The notes beneath the pieces are model-generated. The model made no database searches, was not told the origin of the DNA, and saw only the letters and a list, made by a program, of their open reading frames with translations. Shown one piece after another: positions 8,444 through 16,934 of a DNA stretch of 64,000 bases. Where the stretch lies: positions 36,696 through 100,695 of the forward strand of contig JAZJZX010000004.1 in assembly GCA_040389445.1 (NCBI GenBank), in the 5' to 3' direction. Within the stretch, counting starts at the first letter, position 1; each line of letters begins with the position of its first letter. This DNA comes from Chloroflexota bacterium. Its GTDB lineage: Bacteria > Chloroflexota > Limnocylindria > Limnocylindrales > CSP1-4. The position numbers and the translations under genes are program-made.

Positions 8444-10728
8444 CAGATCCCCCCTCCAGCGACATCCGCAGGCCCCGCGTACCCCACAGCCACGAGCCGC
8501 TGCCTGGCCCGGTGGAGCGCCTCCTCGGAGAACAGGCCCTGAAACTCGGGACGAAGCGCCTGCGCTTCAACGGACAGGTCGAGGCGACCCTTTGACCAGA
8601 GTGCGACGAACCCCTCAGATGGGTCCGTGGCCTGTAGGAGTCGCTTGGCCGTTTCGAGACCTCCAATATCGGAGACCATCGACAGGAACCGCGACGCGTT
8701 GTATCCCGCCTCGCGCTTGGCTCGGTCGTGAACCTCGAGCATCGCCTGGTGGAAACGTTCAGCGGCAGCGGTTGAAGGCTCCGGCGCGACCTCCTCGGCT
8801 GAGGCAAGCTCCGGCGGCGCCATGAGGTAGCGCTTGAACGCGTCGGGCGTGGTGAAGACTCGGTATCCCAAGGCCGCGAGTCGACTGACTGCGGCGTCCT
8901 CGGCCTCGAACTCGAAAACGACTGGGTCGCTCAGACCCTCCTGGACTCCGTTCGGCCAGACGAGATCACCTACGATAATCAGCTCCTGAGTCTCGGGATC
9001 CGCGATCTCCTGGTCCACGTTGGGTTGAGAAATACCTTGTTGCCCAATCCAGGCCAGCAGCTCCGTCACGACTGGGTCCATCGCCTCCGCGACGTCTGGG
9101 GCGGCGCCAAGCTCCAGCTCGAGCGCTGTGTCGACGGGTGCGCCGGCCGCAGGATGGAGGAGATTCTCGAGCACGTGATTCGCTGCATCCGCCAGAAGGG
9201 CGCGCCTCGCCGCCAAAAAGTCCCGATACCGATCCACTTCCCACAACTGCTCGTCCATCGGGATCCACTGTGACTCGAGAGCCCCGGGATAGTCTGTGGC
9301 GATCTTCCGGAAGTAGTCGCGCGGCGCGCTGTCACTGATCGCGATGTTCGTGTCCTTCGTCAGGAAGCAGAAATTGGCGAGCGCGTTCACTTCGGATCGC
9401 TGGTAGTCGTGGCGATACAGGTGGGCCTTCGGGAAGATGTGGTGGATCTCGAGGGCTGCCCCCTTTCCGAGCATTCCGGCGGACAGGACTGGAAATGGTG
9501 CGCCCCAATCCCGTGCCCCTTGCATCCGCGTGAGGAGATACAGCATCGGGTAGAAGCGAGCGCCAAGGCTCCAGCCGGAGAAGTCAACGTCCCGAACGGT
9601 TAGGTCACCTCGCGAGAGCCGGATCTGTTGGATCAGGCGATCGATCGACGCCTCCGTACCATCGACGAGGTCCAGGTCCTGGTTCAATACCGTCTCAACA
9701 GAGCCGGCAAATCGGCCCCACAGGAAGCTCTGGATGTACCAGTACAGCAGCTTGTCCTGCTCGATCGCGCTGTGGAACTTGCCTCCGCGTGTCGACAAGT
9801 ACCGAGTCATCACCGGGAACGCGTACCGCCCACCAAGGACGCGGTCATGGTCCAGTCCAAGACGCGCGCCAATGACGTTCAGCAAGACATTCGCGGATTT
9901 CGTCGCGTTCTTGAGACCCTCCTGGAATTCCGATGTGGTCACTCCAGTAAGGGCGGCGAACTTCGCTTCACCGGCTACGATCGTGGTGATGTTGCGGAGA
10001 AGCCAGTCGAGCTGGAAGTGGAAGCCACGGTCCGACCAGTACCGGAGGACCTTCTTCATCTCGTCGCGTGCGTCGGGCCACGACGCGCAGATCCGGGCGA
10101 GGGCGAGATCACCTTTCGAGAGCTTGGTGCCCCCACTGTTCACTCGATTGAAGATGTCGACAACCACCTCGATCGTCTTGTCCTCACCGACGACCTTCTC
10201 GACGTGGAACTCAATGTCTTTGACAGCGTCAAGCCGCGTCAGCCGATTGACGTAGTCCCCGGCGCGCAAGCTCAGGTCCGGGTTTTCGAAGACAGCCTTG
10301 ATCGACTCGGCGACCCCCTCCGTCATCAGCTGCGTGACGCTGATCCAGCGGGGGTTGCCCTTCATCTTTGCCGGCGCGTAGAACTCGAAGACCTCGTCCT
10401 CGATGTCGAAATGCAAGCCGGTGAAGGCGCTGGCGTCGCCGTCGAAGAACCGCGGGGCACGGCCGCGGATGATTCCGTACAGGGTCGTGACGCGTTGCTG
10501 GCCATCAAGCAGAAGGTCAACAGTGCCGGCGGCAAGCATCCCGCCACCTCGCACGTCAGCCACCTCGGTCGGCGTCACCCAGACCATGAGACTTCCGACC
10601 GGATACTTCCGGTAGAGGGACGTCATGAGCCCCCGAACCTGGTCGCGGTTCCAGACGTAGCCACGCTGGAACTCGGGCAGGGCGATGGATCCAAGGTCGA
10701 TCTGGCTCAGGATGGTCCGGACGTCCAT
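8443..10728 (-). CDS. GmrSD-family Type IV restriction enzyme-like protein (DUF262 ParB-like NTPase domain plus DUF1524 HNH/His-Me nuclease domain).
   Basis: The N-terminal motif is [16 protein letters not shown] (the DUF262 QR-x-x-W motif) and the C-terminal motif is [13 protein letters not shown] (DUF1524/HNH-like). The likely start is ATG at 10728, with AAAGGA 5 nt upstream; the ORF track extends to 10890 through an unconvincing N-terminus. The gene is translationally coupled to hsdM. Confidence 0.8.
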   Translation of the reverse strand: MDVRTILSQIDLGSIALPEFQRGYVWNRDQVRGLMTSLYRKYPVGSLMVWVTPTEVADVRGGGMLAAGTVDLLLDGQQRVTTLYGIIRGRAPRFFDGDASAFTGLHFDIEDEVFEFYAPAKMKGNPRWISVTQLMTEGVAESIKAVFENPDLSLRAGDYVNRLTRLDAVKDIEFHVEKVVGEDKTIEVVVDIFNRVNSGGTKLSKGDLALARICASWPDARDEMKKVLRYWSDRGFHFQLDWLLRNITTIVAGEAKFAALTGVTTSEFQEGLKNATKSANVLLNVIGARLGLDHDRVLGGRYAFPVMTRYLSTRGGKFHSAIEQDKLLYWYIQSFLWGRFAGSVETVLNQDLDLVDGTEASIDRLIQQIRLSRGDLTVRDVDFSGWSLGARFYPMLYLLTRMQGARDWGAPFPVLSAGMLGKGAALEIHHIFPKAHLYRHDYQRSEVNALANFCFLTKDTNIAISDSAPRDYFRKIATDYPGALESQWIPMDEQLWEVDRYRDFLAARRALLADAANHVLENLLHPAAGAPVDTALELELGAAPDVAEAMDPVVTELLAWIGQQGISQPNVDQEIADPETQELIIVGDLVWPNGVQEGLSDPVVFEFEAEDAAVSRLAALGYRVFTTPDAFKRYLMAPPELASAEEVAPEPSTAAAERFHQAMLEVHDRAKREAGYNASRFLSMVSDIGGLETAKRLLQATDPSEGFVALWSKGRLDLSVEAQALRPEFQGLFSEEALHRARQRLVAVGYAGPADVAGGGI

Positions 10729-10807
10729 GCGTATCCTTTCTGCAATGTCACGTAGGGTACGGCGCGTCGTGCCGGACACACGGATTGTCCTGACGAAGCG
10801 TCGATCG

Positions 10808-11776
10808 TCATTCGCGGACGTCTCCGTCTCGTCTTCGGTCGAATAGGATTTCGTAATCGCGCTCGGTCCAAAGCTCACCCCATCGATCACCTGTCTCGAT
10901 CGGCGCGATGTCGTTGCCGATCAGTCGCTCAACGTCGCCGCCGTAACTAGAGATGTTGTAGAGGCGAGTCTGTACGCGGAGCATCGCGCGCAGGCCATCC
11001 GTGACGATCGGCAATCGCCGATCGAGGTCGACCGCAAGAAACTCGACCGGCAGGATGTGACCGAACCGCTCATTGAAACGCCGGGGGGCGTCCATCGCGT
11101 ATTGGTATGAGCCCGTTACGCGAAAGACTGATAGTCGGCCCCACTCTGGCAGGTTCGGAGCCACGACAACGTCACCGAGCCGCATTCCGTCGTGTGCCGA
11201 TGTTCGCATCCGCCGCGACCGCCACGTCATCCGCTGCTCGTCGCTGAGCTCGCCTCCACGACGGACCACCTCGGCGACCACGTCGAGGTTCATCTCGGGG
11301 TTCCAGCCCCAGCCCTGGCGAAGGCGTCCGCGTTGGGCCTCGGCCCAAATGTAGGGCCGCTCCCAGGGGCTAGTTCGCATCACCCAGTACCCGCGACCTG
11401 CGAGCCCCGGAGTTCCCATTGGCCTCGCGCTGACGGGCGCGCGGGAGCCCGCTCGGGGCGCCGATTTCGGGCGCCCGAGTGCTGCGAGAGCACCGTCGAC
11501 GTCCCCAGCGAGATGCGATGGGAGCTCCTCCCGGTCGACCGTTCCAAATACACCGAGGACCGCATTACGAGTAGCGGGATTGCGCCCTATTCGCTCGAGC
11601 ACACGGATCGCGAACGCTGCAAGTCGCTCGTCGCCGAGCCAATCAGTCATCGCATCGATAGCCATCTCGCCGTGTGCAGCGATCGCATCACGAAGCTCGA
11701 TCCGCGCCATCGAGTCAGCCTCTCGGGCACTCGCGAGCAGGTCGTCCAGTGCTGCTGTGGTCATCGGTAGCCGCAT
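10808..11776 (-). CDS. Hypothetical 322-aa protein first in the defense array: a helical N-terminal half, a low-complexity linker, then a YW-rich C-terminal domain that could be a PUA/EVE-like modified-base reader.
   Basis: Complete ORF with varied amino-acid composition (W/Y/F rich: GYWVMRTSPWERPYIWAEAQRGRLRQGWGWNPEM...). It lies 80 bp upstream of the GmrSD-like gene on the same strand. The fold assignment is speculative. Confidence 0.4.
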   Translation of the reverse strand: MRLPMTTAALDDLLASAREADSMARIELRDAIAAHGEMAIDAMTDWLGDERLAAFAIRVLERIGRNPATRNAVLGVFGTVDREELPSHLAGDVDGALAALGRPKSAPRAGSRAPVSARPMGTPGLAGRGYWVMRTSPWERPYIWAEAQRGRLRQGWGWNPEMNLDVVAEVVRRGGELSDEQRMTWRSRRMRTSAHDGMRLGDVVVAPNLPEWGRLSVFRVTGSYQYAMDAPRRFNERFGHILPVEFLAVDLDRRLPIVTDGLRAMLRVQTRLYNISSYGGDVERLIGNDIAPIETGDRWGELWTERDYEILFDRRRDGDVRE

Positions 11777-12251
11777 AGTGAACGCGCCCCGGACTCCCGC
11801 CGTCTGGTCGCCGAGGACATTGCGTGTTCCTGGTGCACTGGGGCCATCACGCTGGAATCATCCCGACGGGCCGTGCCATCTCTGGTGTCACATCGAGCAC
11901 GATGTCCCGCGCGGCGACCTTCTCATCGTGTCGAAGTCGAAACAGCAGCGTGCGCAGCGCCTCCAGCGCCTCGGCCGGCGTCGAGACGTCGATGACCTCC
12001 GGCGCTCGACCACGAGCCGCTCGGCCCTCGCGCCGGCGCGCTCATCAAGCGATTCCACCACCGGGGCGTCAGCCATCAATCCCAACCCTCCCCTCGTCGG
12101 GTTCGGTGCCACGCGCGCGCTCCCGGGGAGTGTAGCGGGGCGGGGTGGCGCGATGCTGGCCTCGTGGAGCAAGGCCTCGCCAGGTCCGGGTTACTCGAAC
12201 GGTGCCACGGACGTTCCTGGACGCGCCCAGCGTCTGCGGGGCCGCAACCCG

Positions 12252-13454
12252 CTACTTGACGATCGTGATGGCCTTCTGGGCCGAGGTCGACCCGTACTGC
12301 GTGGTTGCGACGAGCACGGTGGCCAGCCCACCGCCGACGGTCACGTCCTTCGGCAGCGTGGTCGTGAAGGTCGCGCGGCCGTCGCCGCCCGACACCGCGT
12401 CCTTCGAAATCGGCGGGATCCCCGGAACGGTGAGGGTGAAGGTGATGGTGGCGCCGGGAAGCGGCGCGCCGTCGGGATCCAGCACCAGGACGGTGAGCTG
12501 GATCGACACGGGCAGCGAGCTCGTGGAGATCCGGTAGGCCGATGCCGTCAGGGTCGAGCTGAGCGCCCCGCTCCCGCGGACCACGGACAGGGCAAGTTCG
12601 CCCGGATTGCCCGCCGGATCGCGCGCCGTGATCGTGATCGCGTTCGTCCCGTTCTCGAGGGGCAGTTCCAGCGCGAATGCCCCGTCGCTCCCCGTCTGGC
12701 CCGAAATCGACGTGCCGTTCGTGGCGTTCCGGGCCAGCAGGGTCGTCCGCGGCTGGGTCGTGCCGGTGAGCGTGGCCGTCGCACGATTGACGGTTGCCCC
12801 GTCCTTCGGCGAGGTCAGCACGATCTTCGGCGGGTCCGTGTCCAGGATGAAGGTCACGATCGGTGAGGGCTCGGACTCGATGCCGCCTTCCACGATCGTC
12901 GCGTGGAAGTCGTTGCGACCCTGGGTCAGCTCCACCGGAACCACCATCCTGATGGTGCTGCCCATCGGGACCTCAGAAATCGGCGCCGGCGCCTGCCCTT
13001 CCAGCGTCAGGTAGATGCGCAGCCGTGCCGCCGTGTTGCCGACCTGTGCCGACGGCACCGTGACCTGCAGGTCCGCGGTGGGCAGGTTCGTGTACGGCTC
13101 GGTCGGGAGGGCGATGACCGGGGCGTCCGCTGCCACCAACTCGGTCGCGGTCGGTTGCGCGGTGGCCGTGACCCTGTCGATGAACCCCGTTACCGAGGTC
13201 GACAGGGCTCCAACGAGGACGCCGACGCCGCCGCCGGCCGTCATGAATACGGCACCGCCGAGGACGACGAGGGCGACGACGAGCAGCATCCGGGCCGCGA
13301 ACGGGACCCCTCGTCGACGACCTCCGAGACCCTTGGCCTTCTTGAGCCGATACGCGTCGGGCGCGCGCACGCGGACACGCTGGGGCTTCGGGCGGCCCGT
13401 GCTGGGGGGGCGGGGCCGAACGTGAGACGAGCTGGCTCCGCGTCGGGTCGGCAT
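12252..13454 (-). CDS. Membrane-anchored protein with bacterial Ig-like (Big) domains.
   Basis: 400 aa. It has a basic N-terminus followed by a hydrophobic anchor (MLLVVALVVLGGAVFMTAGG), then Thr/Ser-rich beta-type repeats (LTSPKDGATVNRATATLTGTT...NGTNAITITARDPAGN) typical of Ig-like domains. Confidence 0.55.
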   Translation of the reverse strand: MPTRRGASSSHVRPRPPSTGRPKPQRVRVRAPDAYRLKKAKGLGGRRRGVPFAARMLLVVALVVLGGAVFMTAGGGVGVLVGALSTSVTGFIDRVTATAQPTATELVAADAPVIALPTEPYTNLPTADLQVTVPSAQVGNTAARLRIYLTLEGQAPAPISEVPMGSTIRMVVPVELTQGRNDFHATIVEGGIESEPSPIVTFILDTDPPKIVLTSPKDGATVNRATATLTGTTQPRTTLLARNATNGTSISGQTGSDGAFALELPLENGTNAITITARDPAGNPGELALSVVRGSGALSSTLTASAYRISTSSLPVSIQLTVLVLDPDGAPLPGATITFTLTVPGIPPISKDAVSGGDGRATFTTTLPKDVTVGGGLATVLVATTQYGSTSAQKAITIVK

Positions 13455-13858
13455 CGGTGCCTATGGTCGCATGGATGGGACCATGGCCGGCGGGAGCGTC
13501 AAGGTGCGGTGTACCCTGCTGCAATCCGGAGGGGTCCGGACGGTTGGGTTCGGCATCGGGAGGGAGCACTTGGACGGACGCGATCTGCGTTCGGCACGGC
13601 CGGTCCGTGTGGCGCAGGAGGCACGGCGCCGCGACGGGCGTCCCGTGTTCGGACTGGGTCCGATTGCCCGGGTACCCACTCTGGCCGCCCTCAACGCACC
13701 CGGCTGGCCCGTTGGACCCGGCCGTGGGCAAGGCGCCGGCGAGGTCGGCCGACGACCGGAAATCCATGGTGGCGCCCAGCGATCGGGTGCCGAAACGGCT
13801 CGCGCGCGAGCCTTCGGGCTTCCGAACCTGCGCCGCAATGTCTGCCCCCACTTCTACA

Positions 13859-14052
13859 TGACGGGCATGCGCGGCGCGATCCCGATCCACGCCCCGCACC
13901 TCCTGAAGGCGCTGGTCCGCCAGGATGCAACGACCTCGCGCTGCCAGTTGCGAGGGGGCGTCCATCTCGAGCAGAACTACGTCAACGACGTCTGCCTCTC
14001 GCCGCGTTTCAACCAGTGCATCTTCTACGAGGAAGACCTGTCCGCGGGTTGA
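13859..14052 (+). CDS. Possible small Cys-containing hypothetical protein (~64 aa from the ATG at 13859). The upstream extent is unclear.
   Basis: The last ~65 codons of ORF 13471..14052 (MTGMRGAIPIHAPHLLKALVRQDATTSRCQLRGGVHLEQNYVNDVCLSPRFNQCIFYEEDLSAG) have ~85-90% GC at third positions, consistent with coding. The upstream portion of that ORF has non-coding-like third-position composition. Confidence 0.2.
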
Positions 14053-14094
14053 TCTTCCCGCTCCGCGAGATCAACCACCGGGCCACCACCAAGC

Positions 14095-15456
14095 ATGGAT
14101 GCCATCGACGGGCGGGCGTACCACGGGGCCGTTCGCGCCCTTGAAGCTCGAGGCCGATTCGGGATCCGATTGGGCCTTGGTCGGACCCGTGCCCTGCTGC
14201 ACGCCCTGGGTGATCCGCAGCTGGCGTTTCGTGGGGCGCTGGTGGGCGGGACCAACGGCAAGGGCAGCGTCCTGGCGCTTGCGGGCAGCGCCCTCCGCGC
14301 GGCAGGTTCACGGGTCGGGGAGACACCCAAGCCGCATCTCGTCTCGTACCGCGAGCGACTGGTCATCGACGGGAAGCCGGTCGACCCGGGCACCTTCGCG
14401 CGGCTCGTGGCCGAGGTCCTCCCGCTCGCCGATCGGGTGGCGCGGCGGCACGGTGAACCGACTGAATTCGAGCTCCTGACCGCGGTCGTCTTTCAATGGT
14501 TTGCCGAGTCGGGCGTGGAGGTGGCCGTCGTGGAGGTGGGGCTCGGTGGCCGCCTCGACGCGACCCATGCCTGGGACGGCGGTGTCGCCGTGATCACCAA
14601 CGTCGCGCTCGATCACATGGATCGCCTGGGCGGCACGATCCCGCTCATCGCCCGTGAGAAGGCCGCGATCATCGAACGCGGCGACCTTGCCGTGACGGGG
14701 GCGGACCCGCCGGCCCTCGAGGTCATTCGACGGCGGGCGCGACGGATGGGCGCCCCACTGCGGGAAGTGCCGCCGGCGCCGTTGCTCCGTGTCGGGCGGG
14801 ACGGCATCGATGTCGTGCTCCCGACCCTCGGCCAGACCCACGTCGCCCTCCGAGGGCGGCATCAGGCGGCCAACGTCGCGGTCGCCGACGCCACGCTTGA
14901 CGCGCTTGCTGCGGCGGGAATCGCAACGGTCGGTCCCGAGGATCGGCGTCGAGGCTACGAGCAGGCCGTCTGGCCCGGTCGCCTCGAGCTGATTCGGGCC
15001 GGCGGCCGCGACGTCCTGCTCGACGGTGCGCACAATCCGGCCGGCGCCGCGACACTCGCGACCGCGCTGGACGACCTGCGGCCCGTCCTGACCGGCGGTG
15101 ACGAGGCAAGCCCCCCGCCGCTCACGCTGGTCGTGGCGTCCATGGAGGACAAGGACGTCGATGGGACCATCGGGGCCATCCTGACCGCAGCAGCCATGGA
15201 TGGGGCCGTGGTGATCTGCACGTCGCTGGACCTGCCGCGCGCCCTCCCGGCGGCGTCGCTGGCCGCTCGGTGGCACGCCGCCGCGCCGGGCCTGGAGCTC
15301 AGGGTCATCCCGGATCCGGGGGAGGCCCTCGATCTGGCGCTCGCGACGGCACCGGGTCCGGTGATCGTCGCCGGGTCGCTGTACCTTGTCGGCGACGCGC
15401 GCAACCGGCTCGTGGACGATTCGAGCTCCCGCGACCCCGAGGATTCGCCCGCATGA
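14095..15456 (+). CDS. folC: Bifunctional folylpolyglutamate synthase / dihydrofolate synthase (FolC).
   Basis: 453 aa with the P-loop GGTNGKGS, a Mur-ligase-family fold and the DHFS/FPGS motifs. The stop overlaps the folP ATG (ATGA). Confidence 0.9.
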   Translation: MDAIDGRAYHGAVRALEARGRFGIRLGLGRTRALLHALGDPQLAFRGALVGGTNGKGSVLALAGSALRAAGSRVGETPKPHLVSYRERLVIDGKPVDPGTFARLVAEVLPLADRVARRHGEPTEFELLTAVVFQWFAESGVEVAVVEVGLGGRLDATHAWDGGVAVITNVALDHMDRLGGTIPLIAREKAAIIERGDLAVTGADPPALEVIRRRARRMGAPLREVPPAPLLRVGRDGIDVVLPTLGQTHVALRGRHQAANVAVADATLDALAAAGIATVGPEDRRRGYEQAVWPGRLELIRAGGRDVLLDGAHNPAGAATLATALDDLRPVLTGGDEASPPPLTLVVASMEDKDVDGTIGAILTAAAMDGAVVICTSLDLPRALPAASLAARWHAAAPGLELRVIPDPGEALDLALATAPGPVIVAGSLYLVGDARNRLVDDSSSRDPEDSPA

Positions 15457-16559
15457 CCGACCCGGCCCACCGCCACCGCCACGGCCTGCCTGAAGGTACC
15501 GTCCTGGCGGCACGTCCGGAACTCGGCGGCGCTCGCAGCACGCCGGCATTCGGGCTGCCACCGGATGCGTCGAGCGGCCTTCCGGGACCGCTCGGGACCA
15601 CGCACATCGGGACCCGGCTGTTCGCCTGGGGTGCGTGCACGTACGTGATGGGGATCATCAACGTGACGCCCGACTCCTTCTCGGGCGACGGCCTCCTCGC
15701 CCGGGCCGGGCCCGCGGCACCAGGTCGAGCCGGGGCCGGGCCCGCGGCAACAGATCGGGCGGGAGCCGGGCCCGCGGCAACAGATCGGGCCGGGGCCGGG
15801 CGCGCGGCAACAGATCGGGCCGGGGCCGGGCCGGCCGCCGCCGCGGTGGCCCTCGCCAGCTCGATGGTCGAGGCAGGTGCCGACATCGTGGACGTCGGAG
15901 GGGAATCGACACGCCCGGGCCATGCCGTGGTCGATATCGCAGACGAGATCGCGCGCGTCGTGCCCGTGGTGCGCGCCGTCCGGGAGGCCCTGCCGGACAC
16001 GCCGATCTCCGTGGACACCACCAAGCCGGCGGTCGCCGCCGCCGCCCTCGAGGCCGGAGCGGACCTGGTCAACGACGTCTGGGGCGTGGCCGACGAGGAC
16101 ACCCTGGCGCGGCTCGCGGCCGACCACGGGGTCCCGATCGTGCTCATGCACAACCGGGCCGAGGCCCGCTACGCGAACCTGATCCCGGAGATCATCGGCG
16201 ATCTGCAGCGCGCCATCGAGCGCACGCTGCGGGCCGGGGTCGCCTGGGATGACATCCTCATCGATCCCGGGTTCGGGTTCGGCAAGACCGCGGACCACAA
16301 CCTGGCGCTCCTGCGCGAACTGCGGACCCTCGCCATCCTGGGCCGGCCCATCGTCCTCGGCACGTCCAGGAAGTCCACCCTCGGGCGCGTCCTGGATCTG
16401 CCGGCGGATCAGCGCCTCGAGGCGACGCTCGCCACGACGGCCCTGGGCATCGCCGCCGGCGCCGACATCGTGCGCGTCCACGACGTCCGCGAGAATGTTC
16501 GCGCCGCCCGGATGGCCGACGCCGTCGTCCGCGGCATATGGCCGGAGGAGCCCCGGTGA
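15453..16559 (+). CDS. folP: Dihydropteroate synthase (FolP) carrying an in-frame tandem-repeat insertion.
   Basis: The N-terminal region contains VMGIINVTPDSFSGDG, and downstream motifs include VDVGGESTRPG, ISVDTTK and FGFGKT. An insertion of about 3.5 copies of AGAGPAATDR sits after the DSFS motif. The stop overlaps the folB GTG (GTGA). Confidence 0.9.
   Translation: MTDPAHRHRHGLPEGTVLAARPELGGARSTPAFGLPPDASSGLPGPLGTTHIGTRLFAWGACTYVMGIINVTPDSFSGDGLLARAGPAAPGRAGAGPAATDRAGAGPAATDRAGAGRAATDRAGAGPAAAAVALASSMVEAGADIVDVGGESTRPGHAVVDIADEIARVVPVVRAVREALPDTPISVDTTKPAVAAAALEAGADLVNDVWGVADEDTLARLAADHGVPIVLMHNRAEARYANLIPEIIGDLQRAIERTLRAGVAWDDILIDPGFGFGKTADHNLALLRELRTLAILGRPIVLGTSRKSTLGRVLDLPADQRLEATLATTALGIAAGADIVRVHDVRENVRAARMADAVVRGIWPEEPR
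15700..15845 (+). repeat. In-frame tandem repeat (~33-bp unit, ~3.5 copies) inside folP.
   Basis: The DNA gggccgggcccgcggcaacagatcgggccgg repeats, encoding AGAGPAATDR reiterated. Confidence 0.8.
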
Positions 16560-16927
16560 CGACCGATCGAATCGTCCTCACGGACATGGTGTTCCAGGCC
16601 CGCCACGGCGTCTTCGACCACGAGAAGGCGACGGCCCAACGGTTCGAGATCGACGCGGAGCTGTTCATCGACCTGCAGCCGGCCGGGCTGGAGGACGATC
16701 TGGCCCGGACCCTGGACTACGGCCGGGTCTACGAGACGGTCCGGACCATCGTCGAGTCCACGACCTTCAATCTGATCGAGGCGCTCGCCGAAGCGATCGC
16801 CCATGAACTGCTGGCCGACTTCCCGGCGCTCGAGGAGGTCGTCCTGCGGGTCCGGAAGCCGCAGGTGCAGCTCGGCGGACCGCTGGCCCACGCGAGCGTG
16901 GAGATCCGCCGCCGTCGATCCGGCTGA
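16556..16927 (+). CDS. folB: Dihydroneopterin aldolase (FolB).
   Basis: The sequence VTTDRIVLTDMVFQARHGVFDHEKATAQRFEIDAEL matches the FolB family N-terminus, and the gene follows folP. Confidence 0.8.
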   Translation: MTTDRIVLTDMVFQARHGVFDHEKATAQRFEIDAELFIDLQPAGLEDDLARTLDYGRVYETVRTIVESTTFNLIEALAEAIAHELLADFPALEEVVLRVRKPQVQLGGPLAHASVEIRRRRSG

Positions 16928-16934
16928 CGGCCGG

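Noticed and set aside
7064-8542. 492-aa plus-strand ORF antisense to hsdM, and similar antisense ORFs 7362..7724 and 7377..7823.
   Set aside because: hsdM on the minus strand is certain (NPPF motif, HsdM N-terminus). The antisense frames are Gly/Arg/Val-rich artefacts.
11580-12866. 428-aa plus-strand ORF, and 12973..13965 minus-strand ORF (330 aa).
   Set aside because: Both have extreme Arg/Gly/Pro content and overlap the Ig-like protein gene and intergenic DNA. There is no coding-like third-position bias in these frames.
13471-13858. N-terminal two-thirds of ORF 13471..14052.
   Set aside because: Third-codon-position GC is ~60% (below the genome average) and the sequence is Gly/Arg-rich. 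Only the 3' part was retained, as a low-confidence feature.
14308-16481. Minus-strand ORFs 14308..15561 and 14955..16481, and plus-strand 15635..16252, overlapping folC/folP.
   Set aside because: They are antisense or off-frame to clearly identified folC and folP, with low-complexity Arg/Gly-rich translations.
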